A DNA stretch of 64,000 bases, taken from positions 198,014 to 262,013 of the forward strand of contig CAWCEF010000006.1 in NCBI GenBank assembly GCA_963794515.1, read 5' to 3'. A program made the position numbers and the translations under genes. The stretch is from an uncultured Solirubrobacterales bacterium. GTDB lineage: Bacteria; Actinomycetota; Thermoleophilia; Solirubrobacterales; Solirubrobacteraceae. The notes beneath the pieces were generated by a model. The model saw only the letters and a program-made list of their open reading frames with translations, did not search any database and had not been told where the DNA came from. Below, piece by piece: positions 45,341 through 53,459 of the stretch (position 1 is the first letter of the stretch; each line of letters starts with the position of its first letter).

Positions 45341-47347
45341 ATGCCTGTGGCAGACACGGCAACCCACAAGTCCGATCAGACCCTCGAGTCCAAGCTCGAG
45401 GAGATGCTCGACATCGAGACGTTCGACCCCCCCGAGGAGTTCGCCAAGCACGCGCTGCTCGACGATCCGTCGGTCTATGACGAAGCCGAGGAGGATTGGA
45501 AGGGCTGGTGGACGGCGCAGGCGAAGGAGCTCCATTGGTTCAAGGAGCCCAGCCAGGACGTGGACGAGTCCGACGCGCCATTCTTCAAATGGTTCGCAGA
45601 CGGCAAGATCAACGCCTCCTACAACTGCCTGGACCGACACGTCGAGGCGGGCAACGGCGATCGGGTGGCATTCCACTGGCGCGGCGAGGAAGGCGAGGAG
45701 GAGGACCTCACCTACGCCGACCTGCTGCGCGACACCCAGAAGTTCGCCAATGCGCTGAAGGACCTCGGCATCGAGAAGGGCGACATCGTCGGCATCTTCC
45801 TGCCGATGATCCCGGAGGTCGTCGTCGCGATGATGGCGTGCGCCCGGATCGGAGCGCCGCACAACGTCGTCTTCGGCGGCTTCTCGGCCGGCTCGGTCCG
45901 CGAGCGGATGGAGTTCTCGGAGGCCAAGGCGCTGATCACGGTCGACGGCGCCCGGCGCAAGGGCAAGACCGCGAACATCAAGCAGGCGGTCGACGAGGAG
46001 ATGGGTGAACTGAAGTCGCTCGAGCACGTCATCGTGGTCAAGCGAACCGACACCGACTGCGAGATGACGGACGGTCGCGATGTCTGGTACCACGAGATCG
46101 TCGAGAACGCCGCCGACGAGTGCCCTGCCGAGGAGCTCGACGCCGAGCACCCGTTGTACGTGCTGTACACGAGCGGCTCGACCGCCAAGCCCAAGGGCGT
46201 GCTCCACACGACCGGGGGCTATCTGACCGGCGTCGCGTCGACGCACCGCCTCGTGTTCGACCTGCACCCGGAGGACGACGTGTACTGGTGCTCGGCCGAC
46301 GTGGGCTGGGTCACCGGCCACTCCTACATCGTCTATGGGCCGATGGCCAACGGCGCGACCAGCGTGATGTACGAGGGCGCGCCGGACTATCCGCACAAGG
46401 GCATCTGGTGGGAGCTGTGCGAGCGCTACGGCGTGACGAAGTTCTACACCGCGCCGACGGCGATTCGTGCCTGCATGAAGTGGGGCGTCGAGCACGTGGA
46501 GAAGCACGATCTCTCCAAGCTCGAGCTGCTCGGCACCGTCGGTGAGCCGATCAACCCGAAGGCGTGGCTGTGGTACTACACGGTCATCGGCGGTGAGCGC
46601 TGCCCGATCGTCGACACGTGGTGGCAGACCGAGACCGGCGCGATCATGATCACGCCGCTGCCCGGGATCGTGGCCACCAAGCCCGGCTCGGCCACCCGGC
46701 CGTTCCCGGGCATCGCCGCCGAGGTGGTCGACGAGAAGGACGGCAAGCCAGTCGACGACGGTCAGGGACTGCTAATCATCAAGCGCCCTTGGCCGTCGAT
46801 GCTGCGAACCCTCTACAAGGAGGACGACCGGTTCGTCGAGACGTACTTCGAGAAGTTCGGCAAGGACACGTACCTCGTCGGCGACGCCGCGCGCAAGGAC
46901 AAGGACGGCTACTTCTGGATCATCGGGCGGATCGACGACGTCGTGAACGTGTCCGGGCACCGGATGTCCACGGCGGAGGTCGAGTCGGCGATCGTCGCGC
47001 ATCCGAAGGTGGCTGAGGCGGCGGTGATCGGCCAGGCCGACGAGGACTCGGGCCAGGCGATCTGCGCGTTCGTGACGCTCGAAGGCGACGACGGCGAAGG
47101 GTCGGACGAGCTGGTCTCGGAGATCAACGACACCGTCGCCAAGCGGATCGGCAAGCTGGCGCGGCCGAAGCGGATCATCTGGGCGGACGATCTGCCCAAG
47201 ACGCGTTCGGGCAAGATCATGCGCCGGCTGCTCCGGGACATCGCCGAGGGCCGTGCGCTCGGCGACGTCACCACGCTGCGCGACCCAGACGTGATGAAGC
47301 AGCTCGAGGGCAAGGTCCAGGAAGAGCAGAAGCAGGACGAGTCGTAA
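45341..47347 (+). CDS. acs: Acetyl-CoA synthetase (AMP-forming)
   Basis: Canonical Acs pattern: FFKWFADGKINASYNCLDRH, YTSGSTAKPKGVLHTTGGY, VDTWWQTETG, GYFWIIGRIDDVVNVSGHR and LPKTRSGKIMRR. Confidence 0.92.
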   Translation: MPVADTATHKSDQTLESKLEEMLDIETFDPPEEFAKHALLDDPSVYDEAEEDWKGWWTAQAKELHWFKEPSQDVDESDAPFFKWFADGKINASYNCLDRHVEAGNGDRVAFHWRGEEGEEEDLTYADLLRDTQKFANALKDLGIEKGDIVGIFLPMIPEVVVAMMACARIGAPHNVVFGGFSAGSVRERMEFSEAKALITVDGARRKGKTANIKQAVDEEMGELKSLEHVIVVKRTDTDCEMTDGRDVWYHEIVENAADECPAEELDAEHPLYVLYTSGSTAKPKGVLHTTGGYLTGVASTHRLVFDLHPEDDVYWCSADVGWVTGHSYIVYGPMANGATSVMYEGAPDYPHKGIWWELCERYGVTKFYTAPTAIRACMKWGVEHVEKHDLSKLELLGTVGEPINPKAWLWYYTVIGGERCPIVDTWWQTETGAIMITPLPGIVATKPGSATRPFPGIAAEVVDEKDGKPVDDGQGLLIIKRPWPSMLRTLYKEDDRFVETYFEKFGKDTYLVGDAARKDKDGYFWIIGRIDDVVNVSGHRMSTAEVESAIVAHPKVAEAAVIGQADEDSGQAICAFVTLEGDDGEGSDELVSEINDTVAKRIGKLARPKRIIWADDLPKTRSGKIMRRLLRDIAEGRALGDVTTLRDPDVMKQLEGKVQEEQKQDES

Positions 47348-47369
47348 CGGCTTCTGAGCCGTAGCCCCG

Positions 47370-47403
47370 CGGATACGGACGGCTGGTCATTCGTCCGTAT
47401 CCG
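47370..47403 (+). terminator. Stem-loop CGGATACGGACG-N10-CGTCCGTATCCG followed by TAGGGTTTG
   Basis: Perfect 12-bp stem, 22 nt after the acs stop. Confidence 0.55.
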
Positions 47404-47450
47404 TAGGGTTTGCTCGCTCCGGGCGGTAGATCGGTCGATCTGCCGACCCA

Positions 47451-48041
47451 ATGAGCGCGGTAGTCCGGAATCTGGGTGTCGTCGGCGGGCCTTCGGGCTC
47501 GCTCACGCTGCGCGACGGCTCGGCGGTCCGGCTGCGGCCGGTCGTGCCACACGACGAGGTCGCGATGCGGACGTTCCTTGAGGGAGTGTCGCCGGATTCG
47601 CTGCGCCGGCGGTTCTTCGGCGTCCCTGATGTACGGCGGACCGCTCGGTCGCTCGTCGAGGGCTGCTGCGAGGCGGACTTCGGACTGGTGGCGCACGCGG
47701 ACGCGACGTCCGAGATCGTCGCGCACGCCGGCTGGTACCGGATCGACTCAGAGCGTGCCGAGGCGGCGTTCCTGGTCACCGACGGCTGGCAGGGCAGGGG
47801 TCTGGGCGCGCTGCTCTTTGCGCGCCTGGCGCAGGGTGCGCAGCAGCGCGGCGTCGCGACGCTCGTCGCCGACGTGCTCCCGGGCAACCGCGCGATGATC
47901 GCGGTGTTCGAGCGGTGCGGCTATCCGGTCGACGTTCATTGGGACGCGCACGGCGTCGAGGTGCGGATCGCACTCGCCGCGCCGGCGCCGGCGCCTGCGT
48001 CTGCGCCGGAGCTGGCGCCGGCGCTCGCCCGCGCGGCGTAG
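47451..48041 (+). CDS. Stand-alone GNAT acetyltransferase resembling the catalytic domain of Pat-type protein lysine acetyltransferases
   Basis: [30 protein letters not shown] and [24 protein letters not shown]...[17 protein letters not shown] match, by eye, the Pat GNAT region (LRPIRPED...SPE..Y.RFF; Q/RxxGxG/A). Confidence 0.75.
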   Translation: MSAVVRNLGVVGGPSGSLTLRDGSAVRLRPVVPHDEVAMRTFLEGVSPDSLRRRFFGVPDVRRTARSLVEGCCEADFGLVAHADATSEIVAHAGWYRIDSERAEAAFLVTDGWQGRGLGALLFARLAQGAQQRGVATLVADVLPGNRAMIAVFERCGYPVDVHWDAHGVEVRIALAAPAPAPASAPELAPALARAA

Positions 48042-48106
48042 CTCACTCAAGTATCCGGTCTCCTCACCGATCACCTGGCAGGGACCGGACCCAACCCGGG
48101 ACGTAC

Positions 48107-49753
48107 ATGGCAATCGAAGACCTGAGCAGGGACCTCACCGATCACGCGCCGCCGCGGGAAGGCGCCGCCGCGTGGCCGCTCCGTGAACTGGCCGACCACG
48201 ACGGCGAGCTCGGCGAGCTCAGCCGCGACGTCGCCCGCACGCTCGACGAGCTCGCGCAGACCACGTCCGAATTCTCGTGCGGCTCCGCGCGGAGCTCGCT
48301 CGCGGTTTCGGTGATCAGCGACAACATGCAGCGCCTGCGCGACCAGCTCGAGGTGCTGAGCGTCCGCTCGGGCTCGCTGCGCGAGTCCTCGGCGCAGACC
48401 GCGCAGTCGGCCGGCGAGTCGGCCGAGCTGCTCGAGCAGCTGTCGCTCGAGAGCGCGCGCGGCCTCGACGTGCTCGGGCCGTTGATCGACGCGATCCGCC
48501 AGATCAGCGACCGGGTGGTGCGGGTCCACGAGCTCGTCGAGACGCTCGCCGCCAACGAGCTCGCGAGCATCGAAGAGTTCTCGGCGATCATCCACCGGAT
48601 CGCGAGCCAGACGAAGCTGCTGGCGCTGAACGCCGCGATCGAGGCGGCTCGAGCCGGAGAGCACGGGCGTGGTTTTGCCGTCGTCGCCGACGAGGTCGGC
48701 AAGCTGGCGTCGGAGACTTCCTCGCAGACGGCGCGGATCCGCGAGACGGTGACCCGCACCCGGTCCCAGATGGACGAGGTCGTCGCCGGCGCCGCGACCG
48801 CGCGCGAGCAGACGGCCAAGAGCAGCCAGGACGCCGACTCCGGTCGCGAGATCCTCGAGCGGATGTCGGGGCTGATCGGGTCCTCGAACGACACCGCGAC
48901 GCAGATCGCGACACTCGCGCGCCAGCAGCTCGAGGACGTGCAGGAGATCGACGTCAACCTTCAGGCGATCACCGCCGGCAGTGCCGAGATCGAACAGCAC
49001 GCGGAGTCGGTGGCGCGGGCGCAGTTCGAGCTGTCGGCGAGCACCGAGCGGGCGTCGGTGACGCTCGCGCGTTACGACACGGGCGGGCTGGTCTCGCGCC
49101 TGCGCGCCCGCTGCGAGGGCTTGGCCGAGGAGCTCCGGGAGATCCTCGAGGCGGCAGTCGACGAGCGCCAGGTGAGCCTCAGCAAAGTGCTCGAGCTTCG
49201 TTACCAGGAGGCGACTGGCCCGCTGATCGACCGGTTCGCGCGGCTGTTCGACGTGACGCGCGCGGATCCGGCGGGATTCTCGCCGCCGAAGTACCACACC
49301 GCATACGACGCGCTCGTGGACCGCGCGATGATGGCGCGGATGGACGCGGTGCTCGCGGCCGAGCCGAAGCTGACGTTCGCGTTGCCGTTCGACCTCAACG
49401 CCTGGGCGCCCGCGCACAACAGCGTGTTCTCGCAGGACATCACGGGCGACCCGGGCAAAGACCTGGCCGGGAATCGCACCAAGCGGTTCTTCCTCGAGTC
49501 CGGCGCGCTGACCCGCGCGTCGCGGATGGAGCTCGGCGTCGAGCTGCCAGGCGAGGTGCTCACGCGCACGCAAATCACCGCCGCCGGCGCCCGGTTGCGT
49601 GAGCCCGCGCACGATCACCGGCCGTTCCTGCTCCAGACCTACGCGCGCGACACCGGCGCGGTGCTGACCACCCTGTCGGTCCCGCTGTACGTCCACGGGC
49701 AGCGCTACGGCTGCGTGTGCCTGGGCTGGGATCCTGAGCGCCTGCGCGCCTGA
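48107..49753 (+). CDS. Soluble methyl-accepting chemotaxis protein-like signalling protein with a C-terminal domain of about 210 aa of unknown function
   Basis: Hairpin-tip motif [37 protein letters not shown]. No hydrophobic segment. The C-terminal part ends [34 protein letters not shown]. Confidence 0.8.
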   Translation: MAIEDLSRDLTDHAPPREGAAAWPLRELADHDGELGELSRDVARTLDELAQTTSEFSCGSARSSLAVSVISDNMQRLRDQLEVLSVRSGSLRESSAQTAQSAGESAELLEQLSLESARGLDVLGPLIDAIRQISDRVVRVHELVETLAANELASIEEFSAIIHRIASQTKLLALNAAIEAARAGEHGRGFAVVADEVGKLASETSSQTARIRETVTRTRSQMDEVVAGAATAREQTAKSSQDADSGREILERMSGLIGSSNDTATQIATLARQQLEDVQEIDVNLQAITAGSAEIEQHAESVARAQFELSASTERASVTLARYDTGGLVSRLRARCEGLAEELREILEAAVDERQVSLSKVLELRYQEATGPLIDRFARLFDVTRADPAGFSPPKYHTAYDALVDRAMMARMDAVLAAEPKLTFALPFDLNAWAPAHNSVFSQDITGDPGKDLAGNRTKRFFLESGALTRASRMELGVELPGEVLTRTQITAAGARLREPAHDHRPFLLQTYARDTGAVLTTLSVPLYVHGQRYGCVCLGWDPERLRA

Positions 49754-49762
49754 GGTTCGGGC

Positions 49763-50533
49763 CTAAACCCCGAGTCGCCGGCTGAGGTCGGCGACGTGAC
49801 GGCGCGCCACCGGGATCGACTGGGCCCCGTCGAACCCGAGCTCGGCCGTGCCCCCGAACAGCGGGCGGAGCTCGACCGCGCGCGCGAGGTTGGCGACGAA
49901 CTGCCGGTGCACGCGAACGAACTCGAACTGCTCCCAGCGATGCTCGAGCTCGTTCAGCGTCGTTCGCAGCAGGTAGCGCCCGTCGTCGGCGACGATCCGG
50001 ACGAAATCGCCGTGCGACTGGACGTACAGGATCGACGCGCGGTTGATCAACCGAGTGGATCCGGCGCGCGCCCCCGAGACCGCGATCATCTCGCTCTCGG
50101 CCGTCGCGGCTTGCGGGCGTGTCCGGCGGTCGTCCCGGTCGGGGTGGGCCGCGGTCGCCTCGACCGCGGCGGCGACGCGCTCGAGCGCCTCCTCGAGCCG
50201 GCGCCGGCTGACCGGCTTGCGCAGATAGTCGACCGCACGGAGCTCGAACGCGTCGACGGCGGCGCCGTCGTGGGCGCTCACGAACACGAGCTGCGGTGGC
50301 GCGGCGAACCGTCTCAGCACGCGCCCGAGCTCGACGCCGTCGAGGTCGGGCATCCGGACGTCGAGGAAGATCACGTCGTAGGACTGGCTCGAGGCCTTGA
50401 GCAGCGCGTCGTGGCCGCCGAACGCGCATTCGACCTCATGCACGCCTTGGAAGCTCCGCAGGAGTCGCGCGAGGTCCTCGAGCTGGGTGTGCTCGTCGTC
50501 GACCGCGAGGATCGTCAGCTGGTCGGCGCTCAT
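49763..50533 (-). CDS. LytR/AlgR (LytTR)-family response regulator
   Basis: REC domain (ILAVDDE...DVIFLDVRMPDLDG) plus a LytTR DNA-binding domain (ILYVQSHGDFVRIV...VHRQFVANL). Confidence 0.88.
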   Translation of the reverse strand: MSADQLTILAVDDEHTQLEDLARLLRSFQGVHEVECAFGGHDALLKASSQSYDVIFLDVRMPDLDGVELGRVLRRFAAPPQLVFVSAHDGAAVDAFELRAVDYLRKPVSRRRLEEALERVAAAVEATAAHPDRDDRRTRPQAATAESEMIAVSGARAGSTRLINRASILYVQSHGDFVRIVADDGRYLLRTTLNELEHRWEQFEFVRVHRQFVANLARAVELRPLFGGTAELGFDGAQSIPVARRHVADLSRRLGV

Positions 50534-51726
50534 GCCGAGCCGACGAGCTCCGGATCGGGAATCTCGCCGCGGAGGTTCGGCACGGTCATGACCGCGGCCG
50601 TCCCCTCGCCGAGATCCGATTCGATCCGGAGCGCGTAGCGCTCGCCGAACGTCGCCCGCAGCCGCGCGTCGACGTTGGACACGCCGATCCCGCCACCGGC
50701 TCCGGCCAGGACCGCCCCGAGGCGCTCAGGCTCGATTCCGGCGCCGTCGTCAGTAACGCGGAGCTCGACGTCGCCGCGGACGATCCGGGCCAAGATCGTC
50801 ACCCGCCCCGTTCCGGCGCCCCGCTCGACCCCGTGGCGGACCGCGTTCTCGACCAGCGGCTGCACCGACATCGCCGGCACGACCGTCCCGCGCGTCGACT
50901 CCGGGACGTCGACCGTGACGTGCAGGCTGCCGCGGAACCGCGCCTGCTCGAGGCGGAGATACCGCTCGACGTGGTCGATCTCCTCGCCCAGCGTCACGTA
51001 CGAACGGCCGTCGCGGAACAGGTAGCGCGTGAACTCGGCGAAGTCGATCAGCAGGTCGCGCGCCTCCTCGGGGCGGGCATGGATGTCGCCGGCGACGGCG
51101 GCGAGCGCGTTGTAGATGAAGTGCGGCGAGATCTGCGCCCGAAGCGCGCGCAGCTCGGCCTGGGCGAGGCGCTCCTCCTGTTCGGCGACGAGCGACAGCT
51201 CGACCTGCGCCGACACCAGGCTGGCCGCCTCCTGCACGACCCGCAACTCGTGGTGACTCGGGCGCCCGACCGACCGATAGAACATGATCAGCGTGCCGAT
51301 CCGCTTGTCCTGGGCGATCAGGGGCGCGAGCACGGCCGACCGCAGCGGGCAGCTCGGGTCCGAGGACACCAGCCTCGGGACGATGTGCAGGCGGTTGTCG
51401 CGCGCCCGCTCGAGCAGCCGCGACAGCAGATCGCCCGGCCTGACCTGCTCGCGTCCCTCGCCCTCGATCGCGAGCACGGCTCGCGTGTCGGCGAGCGCGA
51501 TCGCAGCCGCGCCGGTCAGCGCTCGGAGGTTCGGCACGGCGCGCTCGGCGGTGCGGCTGCTGAGCCCACGGCGGAGGTGCGGAAGCGTGGCGGTGGCGGC
51601 GTGCAAGGCGGCCTGCATCGCGTCCTCAGGGGTTCCCCGCGTTCGGGGACCACGCACGGCTCTCCACACCGCTGCGAACGCCGCGGCGATCCCGATGCCC
51701 AGTACTACGCCCAGAGCCGTATCCAT
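50530..51726 (-). CDS. LytS/YehU-type sensor histidine kinase with one TM and a GAF-like domain
   Basis: His_kinase H-box ISPHFIYNALAAV and HATPase N/G boxes (QPLVENAVRHG, DDGAGI, GGIGVSN). ATGA overlap with the response regulator gene. Confidence 0.85.
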   Translation of the reverse strand: MDTALGVVLGIGIAAAFAAVWRAVRGPRTRGTPEDAMQAALHAATATLPHLRRGLSSRTAERAVPNLRALTGAAAIALADTRAVLAIEGEGREQVRPGDLLSRLLERARDNRLHIVPRLVSSDPSCPLRSAVLAPLIAQDKRIGTLIMFYRSVGRPSHHELRVVQEAASLVSAQVELSLVAEQEERLAQAELRALRAQISPHFIYNALAAVAGDIHARPEEARDLLIDFAEFTRYLFRDGRSYVTLGEEIDHVERYLRLEQARFRGSLHVTVDVPESTRGTVVPAMSVQPLVENAVRHGVERGAGTGRVTILARIVRGDVELRVTDDGAGIEPERLGAVLAGAGGGIGVSNVDARLRATFGERYALRIESDLGEGTAAVMTVPNLRGEIPDPELVGSA

Positions 51727-51866
51727 GGTGAGCCTCTCACAGGTTACCGGCGCTTGTGACGGTTGTTATGAGGGGCGCTGTCCGCTCGCTGACTGCGGGC
51801 CTTCAGCCGGTCAGCGGGTGCGTGCCCCGGCTTGTGCCGTTTGCCTGCGGGCGGGATGATGGGGGC

Positions 51867-53456
51867 ATGAGCTCCACCACCACGTTTTCTTCCTATGAGC
51901 AGGCATGCGAGCAGCACAGCTGGGACGTCCCCGATCGCTACAACATCGCCGTCGACGTCTGCGACCGCCACCCGCGCGACAAGCTCGCGATGATCCATGA
52001 GGACTTCGAGGGCCGGATCCGGGAGGTCAGCTGGGGCGAGCTTCAGGACGACTCCAACCGGTTCGCGAACGTCCTGAAGACCCTCGGTGTCGAGCCCGGC
52101 GACCGGGTCGCGATGCTCCTGCCGCCGACGCCGGAGACCGCGGCCGCGTTCTTCGGGGTGTGGAAGGCGGGCGCGATCCTGCTGTCGATGTCCGTGCTCT
52201 ACGGCGACGAGGGCATCCGCCACCGGGTCAGCGACTCCAAGCCGAAGGTGTTGCTGACGAACGCCCAGAACGCGGGCCGGATCGACCGCTCGATGGTCGA
52301 GCACCTCCTGATCCTCGACGACGACCTGCTCGGGCGCGGCTCGACCTCGTTCGACGTCGTCGACACCGCGGCCGACGACGCGGCCCAGCTCTACTACTCC
52401 TCGGGCACGACCGGGCTCGCGAAGGGCATCCTCCACGCCCACCGCTACATCCTCGCCCACGAGGAGTTCATCTACTGCCACGACCTCCAGGACGGCGAGG
52501 TGTTCCACGGCATGGGTGAATGGGCGTGGGCCGCGGGGATCTGCCCGCTGATCGGTCCGTGGCGCCTTGGCGCGGTCCAGGCCGTCTACCAGCGCGAGGG
52601 CGGGTTCGACCCGAACAAGCAACTCGACTTCCTCTCGCGCCACGGCGTCACCAACGTGTTCGGCACGCCGACCGCGATCCGCTCGATGATGTCGATCTCG
52701 GACGCCGGCACCCGGTACCCGCAGAAGTTCCGGATCGTGTGCTCGGCCGGCGAGCCGCTCAACCCCGAGGCCATCCGCTGGTTCCGCGACCAGTACGGCG
52801 TCACCGTGCTCGACTACTACGGTCTGACCGAGTCCTATCCGCTGTGCGCGAACTACCCGTTCATGGAGGTCCGCGAGGGGTCGATGGGCCGGCCGATGCC
52901 CGGCTGGGAGGTGGCGATCCTCGACGAGGACGAGCGCCCGGTCCCGTCCGGCGACCGCGGCGAGATCTGTCTCAAGGCGCGGTCGAACCCTCACTACCCG
53001 CTCGGGTACTGGAACCGCCCGCCCGAGGATTCCGAGGAAGTGTTCGGTGGCGACTGGTTCCACAGCAAGGACGCCGCCCGGGCCGACGAGGACGGCTACT
53101 ACTGGTACGAGGGGCGCGCCGACGACGTGATCATCGCGGCGGGCTATCGGATCGGGCCGTTCGAGGTCGAGTCGGCGTGCCTCGAGCACCCGGCGGTGGC
53201 CGAGGCGGCGGCGGTCGCCTCGCCGGACGAGCGCCGCGGCAACGTCGTCAAGGCGTTCGTCGTGCTCGCGGCCGGACATGACCCCTCCGACGAGCTCGCC
53301 GACGAGATCAAGACGTTCGTCCGCGACCGCCACTCGGCGTACGCGTATCCGCGCCTGATCGAGTTCGTTACGGACCTCCCGAAGACGCTGACGGGGAAGA
53401 TCCGGCGGATCGAGCTCCGCCAGCGCGAGCAGGAGCGGGTCAAGGGCTCCGGCTGA
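51867..53456 (+). CDS. AMP-dependent acyl-CoA synthetase (medium/short-chain type)
   Basis: YSSGTTGLAKG, YYGLTES, GYYWYEGRADDVIIAAGYRIGP and LPKTLTGKIRR motifs. The ATG at 51867 gives MSSTTTF; the track start 51756 is an extension. Confidence 0.85.
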   Translation: MSSTTTFSSYEQACEQHSWDVPDRYNIAVDVCDRHPRDKLAMIHEDFEGRIREVSWGELQDDSNRFANVLKTLGVEPGDRVAMLLPPTPETAAAFFGVWKAGAILLSMSVLYGDEGIRHRVSDSKPKVLLTNAQNAGRIDRSMVEHLLILDDDLLGRGSTSFDVVDTAADDAAQLYYSSGTTGLAKGILHAHRYILAHEEFIYCHDLQDGEVFHGMGEWAWAAGICPLIGPWRLGAVQAVYQREGGFDPNKQLDFLSRHGVTNVFGTPTAIRSMMSISDAGTRYPQKFRIVCSAGEPLNPEAIRWFRDQYGVTVLDYYGLTESYPLCANYPFMEVREGSMGRPMPGWEVAILDEDERPVPSGDRGEICLKARSNPHYPLGYWNRPPEDSEEVFGGDWFHSKDAARADEDGYYWYEGRADDVIIAAGYRIGPFEVESACLEHPAVAEAAAVASPDERRGNVVKAFVVLAAGHDPSDELADEIKTFVRDRHSAYAYPRLIEFVTDLPKTLTGKIRRIELRQREQERVKGSG

Positions 53457-53459
53457 CCT

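Noticed and set aside
43084-46507. Long minus-strand ORFs (711 aa and 478 aa) opposite the two acs genes
   Set aside because: Antisense shadow ORFs of high-GC coding DNA. The plus-strand products carry complete Acs motifs.
47426-47441. Near-palindrome AGATCGGTCGATCT just upstream of the GNAT start
   Set aside because: It is short, imperfect in the centre and unsupported by any second copy. This is too weak to call an operator.
48071-49696. 541-aa minus-strand ORF opposite the MCP-like gene; similar cases at 51744..53333 and 55878..56915
   Set aside because: Shadow ORFs. The opposite strands carry MCP tip motifs or acyl-CoA ligase motifs.
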